64,000 nt of DNA, from assembly GCA_951406725.2 (NCBI GenBank), contig OX597817.1, positions 98,642,001-98,706,000 on the forward strand. Direction: 5' to 3'. The stretch is from Octopus vulgaris. Its lineage: Eukaryota. How positions within the stretch are numbered: the first letter of the stretch is position 1; every line of letters starts with the position of its first letter. The notes below the pieces were generated by a model. That model saw only the letters and a program-made list of their open reading frames with translations, was not told the DNA's origin and made no database searches. This document shows, one piece after another, positions 37,634-51,905 of the stretch. The translations under genes and the position numbers were made by a program.

Positions 37634-39648
37634 AATGAAAAGAGGCTTGGAGAAGCCATTATGAGAGACTGCTGAATGTGGAGAATGAATGGGAGGAGGA
37701 GGAGAGCCTGCCAAATGTTGACCCAGTAGAGGGACCAGCTATTCCAACAGACAGCTCCCTAGTAGATAAAGCAATTAAGGGTATGAAGACAGGAAAAGCC
37801 CCCCCCCCCCGCCCCATCAAGAATCACTGCTTAGATGCTTAAAACATCTGGTGGTGTGGGCTATGGCCTAGTCACCTGCATTGTAAACCAGGTAGTTCAT
37901 AATGGAGTCATACTCAATGACTGGCGTAGCAGAACCATAGTCAACTGCTACAAGGGTAACAGTGATGCTCTAGATAGAAATAACTACAGGGTTATCAAAC
38001 TGCTGGATCAGGTGAAGAAGGTCATGGAGAGGGTCATAGCCCATCGTATCAGGGAGAGGGTCTGCTTAGATGAAATGCAGTTCGGTTTTGTGCCGGGTAG
38101 AAAAACCACTGATGCCATATTCCTGGTTCAACAACCGCAGGAGAAATACCTAGCTAAAGATAAACCCCTCTACTTAGCTTTCGTGAACTTGGAGAGAGCA
38201 TTTGACAGGGTCCCCTGGAACTAGAAAAGAAATTTTGGGTGTGGAAGCTAGGTTTAGAATCAAAAGGCCTTAGAGTAAATGTAGGAAAGACCAAAGTTAT
38301 AGTAAGTAGGAGGGTGAACTCATCACACACCCCCTCAGGTAGGTGGCCCTTCCAATCTGTAGAAAAGATGTAGGTAGAAACTCCATAAGATGTACCCAGT
38401 GTAAGCTATGGACGCATAAGAGGTGCAGCAACATCAAAGGAAAATTAACTGAGAAGATAGCTTTCGTGTGTGGCAGATACACAGGGACAATAGACACCAC
38501 AGATACTCAGAAAACAGACACCACAGATACTCAGAAAACAGATTTCATCACACTCTAGGGGGAGAAACTAGAAGTAGTTGATAGTTTCCGCTACCTAGGT
38601 GACCAAGTTAGTAGTGGAGGTGGATGCTCAGAGAGTGTTACCACTAGAATACGAATAGACTGGGCAAAGTTTAGAAAGCTTCTACTCCTACTGGTGACAA
38701 AGGGTTTCTTGCTCAGAGTGAAAGGTAGATTGTACGATGCATGTGTATGAACTGCCATGCTTCATGGTAGTGAAACATGGGCTGTGACTGCAGAGGACAT
38801 GCGTAGGCTTGAAAGAAATGAAGCTAGCATGATCCGCTGGTTGTGTAATGTCAGTGTGCACGCACAAAGGAGTATTAGCACCCTGAGAGAAATGCTGGAC
38901 ATAAGAAGCATTGGATATGGCATGCAAGAGAGACGTCTGCACTGGTATGGTCATGTACTACAGATGAATGAGGAGAGATGTGTGAAGAAGTGCCACTCCC
39001 AAACAGTTGAAGGAATCCGGGGTAGAGGTAAACCCTGGGATGAGGTGGTCAAGAATGACCATTGGACGTTGGGCCTCACAGAGGCAATGACGAAAGACTG
39101 AGACCTCTGGAGATATGCTGTGACTGCAAAGACCTTACAAATAACATGAGTTCATGGCTGTTTCCTGCACCAGCTTCACATAGCAGCCCCAGCCCATCCA
39201 AATTACTTTGGATTGCAGGACAGCCTGCTGTGCTTACCTTGGACCTTAGGGCGACCTGCTGTGCTTGAGGAGACCTACTGAGTCAAGTACATCAACATCA
39301 AAATAAAAATCAAATGGAAATTGTAGTTGTGATACTCATGCCAGTGGCACATAAAAAGCACCACCTGATTGTGGCCAATGCCTGCGGCGCCATGACTGGC
39401 TTTTGTGCCGGTGGCATGTAAAAAGCACCAACCGATCGTGGCCGTTGCCAGCCTCCCCTGGCACCTGTGGCAAGTAAAAAGCACCCACTACACTCACATA
39501 GTGGTTAACGTTAGGAAGGGCATCCAGCTGTAGAAACACTGCCAGATCAGACTGAAGTCTAGTGCAGCCTCCTGGCTTCCCAGACCCCGGTTGAACCGTC
39601 CAACCCATGATAGCATGGAAAATGGTTTGATGATGATGATGATGATGA
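37634..39648 (+). mobile_element. Degraded RTE LINE with internal deletion
   Basis: ORFs at 37835, 38343 and 38757; 3' repeats; (GAT)n tail. Confidence 0.9.
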
Positions 39649-39649
39649 T

Positions 39650-40175
39650 ATTATTAGCTTAATATATATACGAGCTTTTAAGCAAACTGACCCAGAATGG
39701 AAAGATCTGCAAACAGATCTGACTTGTTTGGAGAATTTGTTGCAATTGCTTCCTCCAGAATCATATCCCAATGATGATCATATTCGTTGCCAAAAAATCA
39801 TGTAAAAAAATTATCGAAAACATAGGAATCCAAAATTTCAAGATCGCAGGTCCAGATTCGACCCAAAATTTTTTTAATTTACTCACAGAATTAGCCTTTA
39901 GATTATAAAAATTATTTTCGTACAAAAAAAAAAAAATTTGTTGCAAAAAGTCACGTAAAAAAAAATCACCGAAAACAGTTACAGTAAGGAAAACTTGGGA
40001 ATCCAAAATTTCAGGATTGTGGATCCAGATTCGGCCCAGAATGTTTTTAATTTACTTATGAAGTTAGCCTGGTTCCAAAATGGTATGATATGGTATAAAT
40101 GGTAGAAGCTAAGGCCTCTAAGAGTAAAATTGAAAAAGTGTGACACGCTGACATTCACATTTATTACATTAGATA
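39650..40175 (-). repeat. Unclassified repeat with ~170-bp internal tandem duplication (possibly Helitron-derived)
   Basis: 39800-39897 resembles 39950-40070; the minus strand begins A|TCTAATGTAATAAA. Confidence 0.35.
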
Positions 40176-40221
40176 TATAAATATACCTTATAATCCAAAT
40201 AATAATACAAAGAAATCCTTA

Positions 40222-40370
40222 GTACATCTTTAATGATACATTACAACTGTTTCTGTACCAACTCTGCTTACAATGCTAATTTTCGCAAAAATTTGAAGAG
40301 AAAATTTATGTAACATTTGCAGTTTTAGACATTAGAGTGGCACTTCATCAAATTTGCATCAAAGGTGCAC
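40222..40370 (-). ncRNA. Hammerhead motif with very long stem II, core C-to-T mutated
   Basis: tgatgcaaat-TTGATGA-agtgccactct...agagttggtaca-GAAA-CAGTTG-TA-atgtatca; stem I tgatgca/tgtatca; stem II base gtgcca-ctct / agag-tggtac. Confidence 0.55.
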
Positions 40371-40432
40371 TCATATATATGAATATGTATGTATATATGT
40401 ATGTATGTATATATATATATGTATGTGTATAT

Positions 40433-40475
<43 letters not shown>

Positions 40476-40656
40476 CACACACACACACATATATCATCAT
40501 TTCATCTTCCATCGTGGTATAGGTTAGATGGTTTGACAGGATCTAGCAAGCCAGGGAATTGCTCCAGGCTCTGTTGTCTGCTTTGGCATGGTTTCTGTAG
40601 CTGGATGCCCTTCGTAATGCTTTACAGAATGTATTCAGCACTATTTATGTGGTAAA

Positions 40657-41195
40657 GGAAGCATTAGCAATCATTCAGTGTGAAAAAATTCCATAGATTT
40701 ATTCATGGAAGAAGTTTCTGTCTACAAACAGATCATCACCCACTACTGTCAATAAGCGGTTCTAAAAAAGGAGGCACATGAATCAATAAAAAAAAATCTG
40801 TTGACAGCGAACCCAAAAGAATGGAAGAACCAATGGAACAGTTAGATGATACTTTTCAAGTACCAATGCCACTACAAATAATTGAACCCAGACACACAAG
40901 TGAAAGAAAAAGAAAATGTCTACAGTTCCTGGAAGTGGATGCTAAATGAAAAAAATATTAAATTTGTAGATGTATGAAGAAAAACTCAAAAAAGGAAGGT
41001 AGGGTGATATAAAAATTATTATACTCCCTAAGAAAAAAATCTTAAAAGGGGAGATGTTATGGGGATAATGATAATAATGGAACACCCCCTCCTACGGGGT
41101 AATCAGTCATAGATGGCCATGTCTTACTTGTCTAATTAACTATACAGCTATACCAGAGTGGACATTATAACAGTCCAACATTGGATTACAACAAT
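40657..41195 (+). mobile_element. Gypsy-like 3' end: pol fragment, polypurine tract and LTR start
   Basis: PPT aaaaggggaga at 41044-41054, then TGTTATGGGG LTR at 41055 matching 48020-48158 (-); 40657-40772 is inverted to 45117-45236. Confidence 0.75.
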
Positions 41196-41580
41196 ATTCT
41201 TTTATTCTTTTACTTGTTTCAATCATTTGATTGGTTTTAGTCAAAGAAATCGCCCCCAAGTCTTATTCTTTGTAAGCCCAGTACTCGTTCTAGCAGTCTC
41301 TTTTGCTGAACTGCTAAGTTACTGGGATGTAAACACATCAGCATTGGTTGTCAAGCAAATAGCAGGTGGACAAACACAGACACACATACATAAATACATA
41401 CACACACACACACAACACTACAGGCTTCCTTCAGTTTCCATCTACCAAATCCATTCACAAGGCTTTGGTCAGCCCGAGGGTATAGCAAAAGATACTTGCT
41501 GAAGGTGCCACACAGTGGAAGTGAACCTGGAACCATGTGGTTGGGAAGCAAACTCCTTACCACACAGGCACACCTGTGCT
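41195..41580 (-). mobile_element. Two adjacent SINE fragments
   Basis: 41420-41580 is the reverse complement of the SINE at 51291-51446; 41200-41230 carries the shared gaaacaagtaaaag tail. Confidence 0.65.
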
Positions 41581-42481
41581 TATATATATATTTATCATCA
41601 TCATCGTTTAATGTCTGCTTTCCATGCTAGCATGGGTTGGACGATTTGACTGGCGAACCAGATGAAGAAGACAAAACTATTGAAACTATATTTACATGGT
41701 GACATGGTAATGAAATAGACAGAATAATGAAAAGAACTAATAAGGGGTTTATGATCTGCGCAGAAATAGAAGAGTAGATGAACGAGGTTGAAAAGACAAA
41801 ACTTCTTATCTGAGCATCTTCTGAGATTCGTATCCTTCGGCAGGGGTATTAAAATTGAGTAGGGGAATCTGAGTGTGTGTGCTAGTTGTTATCTTGAAGA
41901 ACAGATGAGAGTCTGCAGGTGCTAAATCTGGCAAATAGAGCAGAGGCAGAAGCGATATCATTCTTTATGTACCTACATGCACACTCTCCATACCCTCACA
42001 TATGTATCATAGCTCCCACACCACAACAATTTCACTCTGCATCACTTGCTGCAGTCACCTCTTCCCCATCTCTAAACATCTCCCCTCACACTCTTATGAA
42101 ACATCCAACTATCCCCTCTGTACCACTTAACATTCCTCCCATTGTACCTTATAGGTATGTTCCTATGCATCTCCAACACTATTTATTTCTCTCTCTTTCT
42201 TCCTCCCTGTCTGTCTCAGTATCTTTTTCTCTATCACCATGTATACTTCCTCTCCCTACTGGGATAGCTAAGTATCTCCTTTATAGTAAGTTACCTGTCT
42301 CTATCCCTCTATTACACTTTAAACTCTCAACTGGCTGGCACAAGTCACCTCCCTCAATACCATTCAGTCTCCCGGTTGAGGGGTTTTGGTTTGCAAGTTG
42401 CTTAGCAACCCTACATGTGCTGGTGCCATGTAAAAAGCACTAGTGCTGGTACCACATAAATAGCGCTGAATCCTCCTCCTC

Positions 42482-44400
42482 CATCATCATCATCGTTTAA
42501 CGTCCGTTTTCCGCGCTAGCACAGGCTGGACAGTTCGACCGGGGTCCGGGAAGCCAGGGGCTGCTCCAGGCTCCAGTCTGATCTGGCAGAGTTTCTAAGG
42601 CTGGATGCCCTTCCTAACGCCAACCACTCCACGAGTGTAGTGGGTGCTTTTTACGTGCCACCTGCACAGGTGCCAGGGGGGTCCGGCATCGGCCACGATC
42701 GGTTGGAGCTTTTAACGTGCCACCGGCACGGAAGCCAGCCAAGGCGGCGCTGGCAACGGCCACGTTCGGATGGTGCTTTTTATGTGCCACCGGCACAGAA
42801 GCCAGTCGGGGCGGCACTGGCATCGGCCATGTTCGGATGTTGCTTTTTATGTGCCACCGGCACAGAAGCCAGTCGGGTCAGCGCTGGCTACGGCCACGTT
42901 CAGATGGTGCTTTTTATGTGCCACCGGCACAGGTATCACAACTACTATTTCCATTGATATTTATTTCGATGTTCATGTTCATGTACTTGACTCAACAGGT
43001 CTCCTCAAGCACAGCGGAGACGTTCTGGGATCCAGGGTACTTTGAATGGGCAGGGGCTATGTGGAACTGGTGCAGGAAGCAGCCCGGGTCTTTGCAGTCA
43101 CAGCATATGTCCAGTGATCTCGGTCCTTCGCCATTGCCTCAGTGAGGCCCAACGCTCTGAGGTCATGCTTGACTACCTCATCCCATGTCTTCCTGGGTCT
43201 ACCTCTTCCCCTGATATCTTCAACTGTTTGGGAGTGGCACTTCTTCACACATCTCTCCTCATCCATCCGCAGTACATGACCATACCATCGCAAGCGTCGC
43301 TCTTGCACACCACATCTGATGCTTCTCATATCCAGCATTTCTCTCAGGGTGCTTACACTCTGTCGTGCATGCACACTGACATTACACATCCAGCGGATCA
43401 TGCTAGCTTCATTTCTTTCAAGTCTACGCATGTCCTCTGCAGTCACAGCCCATGTTTCCCTACCATGAAGCATGGCAGTTCGCACACATGCATCATACAA
43501 TCTACCTTTCACTCTGAGCGAGAGACCCTTTGTCGCCAGTAGGGGTAGGAGCTTTCTAAACTTTGCCCAGGCTATTCATATTCTAGTGGTGATATTCTCT
43601 GAGCATCCACCTCCACTACTAACTTGGTCACCCAGGTAGCGGAAACTATCAACTACTTCTAGTTTCTCCCCCTGGAGTGTGATGGAATCTGTTTTCTGAG
43701 TGTCTGTGGTGTCTATTGTCCCTGTGCATCTGCCGCACATGAAAGCTATCTTATCAGTTAATTTCCCTTTAATGTTGCTGCACCTCTTATGCATCCATAG
43801 CTTACATTGGGTGCATCTTATGGAGTTTCTACCTACACCTTTCCTACAGATCGAGCAGGGCCACCTGCCCAAGGGGGTGTGTGCTGAGTTCGCCTTTCTG
43901 CTTACTATAACTTTGGTCTTTGCTACATTTACTCTAACCCTTGCTTCCACACCCGAAATTTCTTTTCTAGTTCCGGTAGTGATTCTGCTATGAGAGCCAG
44001 GTCATCAGCATAGAGGAGCTCCCAGGGGCATCCTGTTTTGAATTCCTCTGTTATTGCCTGGAGGACTATGATGAATAAAAGGGGACTGAGGGCTGAGCCT
44101 TGGTGTACACCTACTTCTACCCGGAATTCTTCACTATATTCATTGCTGACAGCCTCTCTGTATAGAGCCTGTACAGCCCTTATTAGCCATTCGTCAATCT
44201 CCATTTTCCGCATCAACCACCAGATAAGGGAACGGGGAACCCTGTCAAAGGCTTTCTCCAAGTCCACAAAAGCTATGTAGAGGGGTTTATCTTTAGCTAG
44301 GTACTTCTCCTGCAGTTGCCAGACCAGGAATATAGCATCAGTGGTGCTTCTACCCGGCACAAAACTGAACTGCATCTCATCTAAGCAAATTCTCTCCCTA
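42482..44400 (-). mobile_element. 5'-truncated RTE LINE
   Basis: ORFs 43929-44375, 43576-43950 and 43057-43512; very similar to 35352-36710 in the opposite orientation. Confidence 0.93.
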
Positions 44401-44449
44401 CATTCTGTAAAGCATTACGAAGGGCATCCAGCTACAGAAACCATGCCAA

Positions 44450-46900
44450 ATCTCACAAGCAGTTCATGCAGAAAGTTTGTTGTAGTTGAGTAGGTTGGCT
44501 TTTTACACTTACAAATTTCTGGTCATTTAGAGAAACTATCTAATATCACTAAGTAGTATGAACCACTTAAGGGACCAGTGAAATCGATGTGTAGTCTCAA
44601 TTATGGAACATCTACTTTTGGCCAAAGTTCACCTTTTAATTTTGGTAAGTTTGCCACTAGAGCACAACTGTGCACCCTTACACAAACTTTTCGATTTCTC
44701 TATCAATTTTTGGCCAGTATACATAGCTATGCACAAAAACTTTCATCCTCGAAATACCAGGATATCCAACATGGAATTCCCTCAACATTTTCTTTTGCAG
44801 TGTTTTAGGTATTACTTCTCTCTGTGCATACATCAGTACACCATTACAAATTGAGTATAGGTTCACATCTTGCTTTTGTTTTATTCCAATCCTGTTCCTA
44901 TTTACTTTTCCTGTCCACAGTATTCTTTTCATTTCTGTTATGAATTAGTCTTTTTTCACATTATGTTTTGTCTTCTAGGGCTACTGGTAATTTGCATACC
45001 ACATTTCACATTACATTTTTTATTTCTCCTTTTGATTTTAATATTCCATTTTGTAATCATAATTCAATAATGTGGTGCCCCATCACTGTAGTCTATTTGC
45101 TATGTGTGTTGGTATTCCTTTTTTAGAACCACTTATTGACAGTAGTGGGTGATGATCTGTTTGTAGACAGAAAATTCTTCCATGAATAAATCTATGAAAT
45201 TTTTTCACACTGAATGATTGCTAATGCTTCCTTTACTATTTGACTATAGTTCCTTTCTGCTAGTAATAATGATCATGATGCATGAGCTATTTGTGCGGAA
45301 GCACTGCTCCTACACCATAATCACTCCCATCTGTACCCAATATAATATCCAGCTCGAGATCAAAATGTGCTAATGATAAGTTCAATGTTAAAATGTTTTT
45401 TTAATTCCTCAAATGCCTTCTATTTTGTATTTTTCTTTAACAAATCACTGAGTGGAGCCCTTAAATTGTGTATATTGGAAATATAAATTTGGTAGTAATT
45501 CACTAATCCCAAGAATGCTTGTAGTATAGTCACATTATTTGGTGTGGGCATATTTTTTATCACAGTTGCTCTGGATGGATCTGGTTTCTGCCTGTTTTTA
45601 TCTATTATCTGACCCAAGTACTTAAATTTTTCAGAAAGAACTTGCATTTTTCTTCGCTTAACTTAAAACCATATTCTTGTATTCTCTTACTCTTTCAAAT
45701 ACCTCTTTATGTGTTCTACATATTGCTCATGTGATTTGTTTTTTATTAGGATATAGTCTAAATAGGCGATAGCAAAATCTCTGCCTACCAGAATTATATC
45801 CATTACTTCTGGAAATATGGAAGGGATCACTTTCACACTGAAGTTAAGCTGCTTAGATTTAAATAAACCAAGGTGTGTATCAGTGGCTAATAAGTGTGAG
45901 CATTCTTCTACATGGATTTGTAAATATGCCTCTGAGAGGTCTAATTTTGAGAATTTCCCTCCATTCAATTTTGCAAACACTTCCTCAGGACTTGGCAATG
46001 GGTAGTTATGCGAGATTAAGCAATCATTCAGCCCCATTGAAAAATCTGCACAAACTCTTAACTTATTATTTTTCTTTTATACATAGACGATAGATGCTGC
46101 GTAATCTGAGTAGTCCCTCTTCTCGGTTATTCCTATGATTTCAACTCTTTCAAGTTCCTTATTTACCTGTTCTAGTGCTGCAAATGGTACGTTATATTTT
46201 GGCTTAAATACAGGTGTTGTACTTTGTTTTACTACAATTTTGCCTTCATTTTCACGCAGCAGCCCAGCTCATCCAAGAAAACATCTGGAAATAAATGTTT
46301 TAAGTTTTCATTTCAATCCCTCAGGCACATTTGAACCTTCAACTGAACTGATTATATTCCCACACAAAACACCTATGGACATATTCCACAATTTGAACAG
46401 CTCCATCCACTCTGTGCTGAATAGATTAACTGAATTTTTTAACACGTACTTTTGCCATTTTCATTTGGTCACAAAATGTCACATTATACACAAATTCACC
46501 TACAAAATACAATCTTTTACCTATAACACTGTGTGCTACTTTTGTAGACTTACTTAATTTTGGCTTACTGATATACTTCCAAGTTTCTTCATTCACAATG
46601 GTACTATCACTTCCAATGTCTAACTGCATTTTTAATCTTATATTTTCAATTTTCACATTTATGAATTTCTTCTTAGTCACATTACCATTTTCTTTTGACA
46701 ACATACTGTTTATTCTTTTTTCTTTGTTCCAACGTTTTGTCAATTTGGTTTTACAGTGCACTTTTATGTGCCCAATTTTTCCACAATGGAAACATTCCAC
46801 TTTCTTAAATGGACAGTTTTTCCTCAGGTGTAGACCTCCACATGCCAAATATGGGTTTGTTTCCTGATTTTTGTCCTGTTTGTACACACTTGATTTCTAT
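44450..46900 (-). mobile_element. Degraded Ty3/Gypsy gag-pol
   Basis: Zinc knuckles (CFHCGKIGHIKVHC), protease (LDIGSD), RT (LDLSEAYLQI, YLDYIL), FLGLVNYY, integrase Zn finger (HVGYPGISRMK..YWP). Confidence 0.9.
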
Positions 46901-48019
46901 TCTGCCTGTTTTGCATTGGTTTCACTTGTAAATCAATTTTTGTGAAGCCATGGATAGATAAAACATTCGTGTTGTTTATGAATATGAGTTCTGTCATGGA
47001 ACCAATGCATCCCAGACAGCTCGAAACATCAATGAAGTGTTTGGGGAAGATGTGACGAATGAGCGCACTGTATGTCAATGGTTTAAGAAGTTCTAGTCGG
47101 ATGACTTTACTCTTGAAAATTATTCCTGTGGTAAACCTGAGAGCAAGGTGGAAACTAGTGGATGTGGATACATCTCAAACTACACCCGAGTTAGCAGTAA
47201 AGTGTGATGTTTCAATTCCAACTGTATTGGACCATCTCAAAAATCAGCAAGGTAAAGAAGCTGGACAAGTGGGTACCATATGAACTGAATGAGCATCAAA
47301 TGACACATCATCTTGAAACTTGCTGTTCATTGCTGTCACAGCATAAAAGCGAACCATTTTTGCATCGTATTGTTATGTGTAATGAAAAATGGATTCTTTT
47401 CAACAATAGCAAGCATTCTGCATAGTGGTTGGATAGAGACGAAGTGCCAAAACAGAATCTAAAAAGAATATTCATGAAAAAAAGGTAATGGTGTCTGTTT
47501 GGTGGTCCAGCACTGGTGTCATCCACACAACATCATGAGACCTGGTAAGTCAATTACAGCAGATGTATACATCAACCAGTTGGATGAAATGATGAATGAA
47601 CTTGCAATTAAACAAACGAGATTGGTCAATAGAGACAGGCCAATTCTCTTGCAAGACACTGCTTGACCACATGTTGCACAAAGAACACTACTCAAGTTAC
47701 AGGAACTGAACTTGGAAGCACTCTGTCATCCATCATATTCATCAGACCTTGCACCAACTGACCATCATGTTTTCCAGGCATTAGACAACTTTTTGCAAGG
47801 AAAAAAACTTCAACTATGAAGATGCAAAAACAGCCTTTTGTGATTTCATCACCTCTTGCTCTCCATAATTCTTCACTGCTGGTATAAATAAGCTTCTGAT
47901 AAGATGGCAAAATTGATAATTTAGGTACATACTTTGGTTAACAGCATTAATTGTTGTTGAGATAAAGTAAAATAAACATTCAGTTCAAAATTTGACATCT
48001 CATTCTTAACGACCTGATA
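46900..48019 (+). mobile_element. Degraded mariner transposon (left end lost)
   Basis: WVPYELNEHQ, NEKWIL and YSSDLAPTD motifs; right TIR ...cattcttaacgacctga + TA. Confidence 0.9.
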
Positions 48020-48154
48020 GTTAGTTAGACATGTAAGACATGACTCTATGACTGACTACCCCGACTGCTTGACACCACTGTATTTGTAACACCTAACAAA
48101 TACCACTTATCATGTGGGAGGGGTGTTTATTATTATTATTATTATTATCCCCAT

Positions 48155-48158
<4 letters not shown>
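48020..48158 (-). mobile_element. Partial Gypsy LTR (5' LTR of the 44450-46900 element)
   Basis: Minus strand starts TGTTATGGGGATAAT and matches 41055-41145. Confidence 0.7.
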
Positions 48159-48222
<64 letters not shown>

Positions 48223-48789
48223 AAATAAGAAAATGGAGAGGATACAAAAACGACATACATCAGCCGGTAGACATGCTAGTATGTCTATTTATTCCAAAGT
48301 ATTGGAAAGTATTACAAGAATACATACACATGTAATAACTATGTGTTACACACACATGTACTAATATTACAGAAAAGAGCAAAAAGAGCAAAAGATCAGA
48401 TTGTCAGTAGGTTCTAGTTCTTTACGTCTGTTTCTGCCAAGAGGCAACGAAATCCTCCATACCATCTCCATCTCCTCAGTGTTCTGCAGGGATGGGCAGA
48501 TAAATTTTGGATGATGAATGTGCCTCTAGGCTTCTTTAGAGGGTCTAAGTGGTTGGGAGGGTTAATACATATAAGAAACAGTTAACAATAGGTACAGTGT
48601 ATTTGCCATTTTGAAAGGGCAGAAAAAGAATTGGAGCAAACATGAGGATGTTAGTGAAGTACAATTTATTAAAATTATTTGGGTACAGAAAGGGGAATAA
48701 ACTCGGAATCCCTGTGGGGTGGGGGTCATGGTAAGTCCTACAACCTAATTGGTCAGCTATTTTTTTGAAAACCATAGCATGGTTACAGT

Positions 48790-50422
48790 TCGTTGAAGAA
48801 TTCCGGGTAGAGGATGGGGTCCACTAAGGTTCAGTCCTCAGCCCCCTCTTATTCATCAGAGTCCTCCAGGCCTTAACAGAGGAATTCAAGATAGGATGCC
48901 CCTGGGAGCTTCTCTATGCTGATGACCTTACTCTAATAGCTGAGTCACTATCAGAACTAGAGGAGTTTCAGGTGTGGCAGCAGGGATTAGAATCGAAGGG
49001 CCTTAGCAAAAACCAAAGTCTTAATAAGAAGGAAGGCAGACAAACCACAAGTCCCTTCCGGTAGATGGAAAAGGCATAGGTAGAAACTCCATAAGATGTA
49101 CCCAATGTAAGCTATGGACACATAAGAGGTGCAGCAATATCAAAGGAAGGCTAACTGGGAAGATAGTTTTTGTATGTGGAAAATACTCAGGGGCAATAAA
49201 CACTGAAAATGTGCAGAAAACAGGTTCCATCTCATTCCAGGGAGAAAAACTACAAGTAGTTGATAACTCCATTACCTAGTAGTTAAGTTAGTAGCAGGAG
49301 TGGTTGCTCTGAGAGTGAAGCTGCTAGAATAGGAATAGCCTGGGCAAAGTTCAAAGAGCTCCTACCTCTGCTGGTGATAAAGAGCCTCTTGCTCAGAGTA
49401 AATGATGCATGTGTGCGAACAGCCATGCTACATGGCAGTGAAGCATGGGCCGTGACTGCTGAGGACATGCGTAAGCTTGTAAGGAATGAAGCTAGTATGC
49501 TCCACTGGATGTGTAATGTCAGTGTACATACACGACAAAGTGTAAGCACCTTGAGAGAAGAGTTAGATATAAAAAGCATCAGATGTGGTGTGCAAGAAAG
49601 ACAACTGTGCTGGTATGGTCATGTGTTGTGTATGGATTGGGACAGCTGTGTGGAAAGTGTCACACCCTAGCAGTTGAGGGAACCTGTGGAAGAGGTAGAC
49701 CCAGGAAGACCTGGGATGAGATGGTGAAGCACAACCTTCAAATGTTGGGCCTCGCCGAGGTGATGACAAGTGAGCAAGACCTTTGGAGATATGCTATGCT
49801 TGAGAAAACCCGGCAAGCCAAGTGAGACTGTAACCGTGACCTATGCCAGTGCAGCATACCCAGCATATTCAATCATTGGGCAATAAACTGCACTTGCAAA
49901 GACCTGTTGAGGCAAGTAAATTCGTTGTTGTGGCTGATGACAGTACCACCTGATTGGCACTTGTGCCGGTGGCATGTAAAAAGCACCATTCAAGTGTAGT
50001 CGATGACAATGCTACCTGACTGGTCCTGTGCCGGTGACACGTAAAAAGCACCATTTGAGTGTGGTCGCTGCCAGTGCCACCTGACTGGTCCTGTGCCAGT
50101 GGCATGTAAAAAGCACCATTTGAACGTGGTCATTGCCAGTGCCGCCTGACTGGCTCCTGTGCTGGTGGTACATGAAAAGCACCATTGAAGTATAGCCGAT
50201 GCCAGTACTGCCTGACTGGCCCTCATGCCAGTGGCATGTAAAAAGCACCCACTACACTCTCGGAGTGGTTGGTGTTAGGAAGGGCATCCAGTTGTAGAAA
50301 CATTGCCAGATCGAATTGGTGCCTGGTGCAGCCTTCTGGCTTTCCAGAATCTCAGTCAAACTGTCCAACCCATGCCAAGCATGGAAAGCGGATGTTAAAC
50401 AACAATGGTGATGGTGATGATA
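48790..50422 (+). mobile_element. Degraded 5'-truncated RTE LINE
   Basis: RT C-terminal ORFs at 49374 and 49583; ~59-bp 3' repeats at 49920-50250. Confidence 0.9.
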
Positions 50423-51026
50423 AGGAAAGGGTTATGAATTACCAGGGAAGGGCAATGAAGGAAACAAAAACATGCACAGCCATCATTGAGGAGGCAGTAA
50501 GGGGGTGGGAAGTAAAAGAGTTAAAACAAGAGCAAATGAAGACACCCAAGAATATATATGTTAACTAAAATGACAATCAACATATATGATAATTTGTGAG
50601 AAACAGCTATTTTATTTCCATATACTAGAACTGACGGTTACTTTGGCATTACAGGAAAATATCATTGCTTGCATGACAAATTACTATTATTAGTCAAGGA
50701 TCAAGCTAGAAAGCAGCATAATTATTGAGATTATGTTATGAAAAAGAATTTAGAATTATAATGTCTTTCACTTCTCTGCTCACCAGAATAAAATGATAAC
50801 AATTAACCATTAAAACAAGACATGTATGTAAAGAAAAAAAAATTAAATTTGTCTAACAATAAATCTTTTGTTTTTTCATCTGGACCTTATGTGGGTAACC
50901 TTTTAAAAGTTTAAATACTTCATGTACAAAAATAATCTCCAAAAAACTCATCTAGACGCAAAAAGCTATATCAAAAACATGTCTGAACACATGCACACAC
51001 ACATACGAGGAGGATAAAAGCTTTTA

Positions 51027-51185
<159 letters not shown>

Positions 51186-51262
51186 TTAGTTTAGTATTTC
51201 AGCAAAATATATTTGGTGTCTCTCAATTTTGGTGTTATAAACAAGCTGTCTACTTCTAAGTC

Positions 51263-51290
<28 letters not shown>

Positions 51291-51293
<3 letters not shown>

Positions 51294-51444
51294 GGAGTGG
51301 CTGTGTGGTAAGTAGCTTGCTTACCAACCACATGGTTCTGGCACCTTCGGTAAGTGTCTTCTTACCGAAGTGTCTTCTTCTATAGCCTCAGGCTGACCAA
51401 AGCCTTGTGAGTGGATTTGGTAGACACAAACTGAAAGAAGCCCG

Positions 51445-51446
<2 letters not shown>
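51291..51446 (+). mobile_element. tRNA-derived SINE inserted in (TA)n
   Basis: gtggctgtgtggtaag A-box-like head; ends gaaagaagcccgtc; flanked by (TA)n. Confidence 0.7.
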
Positions 51447-51498
<52 letters not shown>

Positions 51499-51905
51499 TT
51501 TAAATATTTGTTGTGCAAGATTTTTTATGTGAAGTCGTGTGTTGAAACAGATATTGTTATATTTCGGAATGGTCATTTTGCCAGTTTAGCCAATAAAAAC
51601 ACACGCACTATATATTTGGTGTTACTTTGCTTCAGTGTTATTTATTTTTTACATTAATCTTAATCTTATTTCGGCCAGAGTTCTTTCGTCACACTTTCTG
51701 TGACCGCATCAGTGGTCCTTTGTTTTCTTCTCACTTATTCTGTTTTCTTCTCACCTATTTGTGTCTCTCCTTACTAACCGTCAGCCATTTTGTATTTCTA
51801 TTGTATGTCTTCATTTGCGCATGCTTATATCTCTATGTGCGTTTATGTTTATTTAGTGTGTGTATGTGGGGGATGCCTGTAATATTTGTATATATATTTT
51901 TTTTT

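Noticed and set aside
48415-48495. Hammerhead-like CTGAGGA...GAAAC-AGAC-GTA on the minus strand
   Set aside because: I could not find complementary stem I or a closing stem II, so it is not supportable as a ribozyme.
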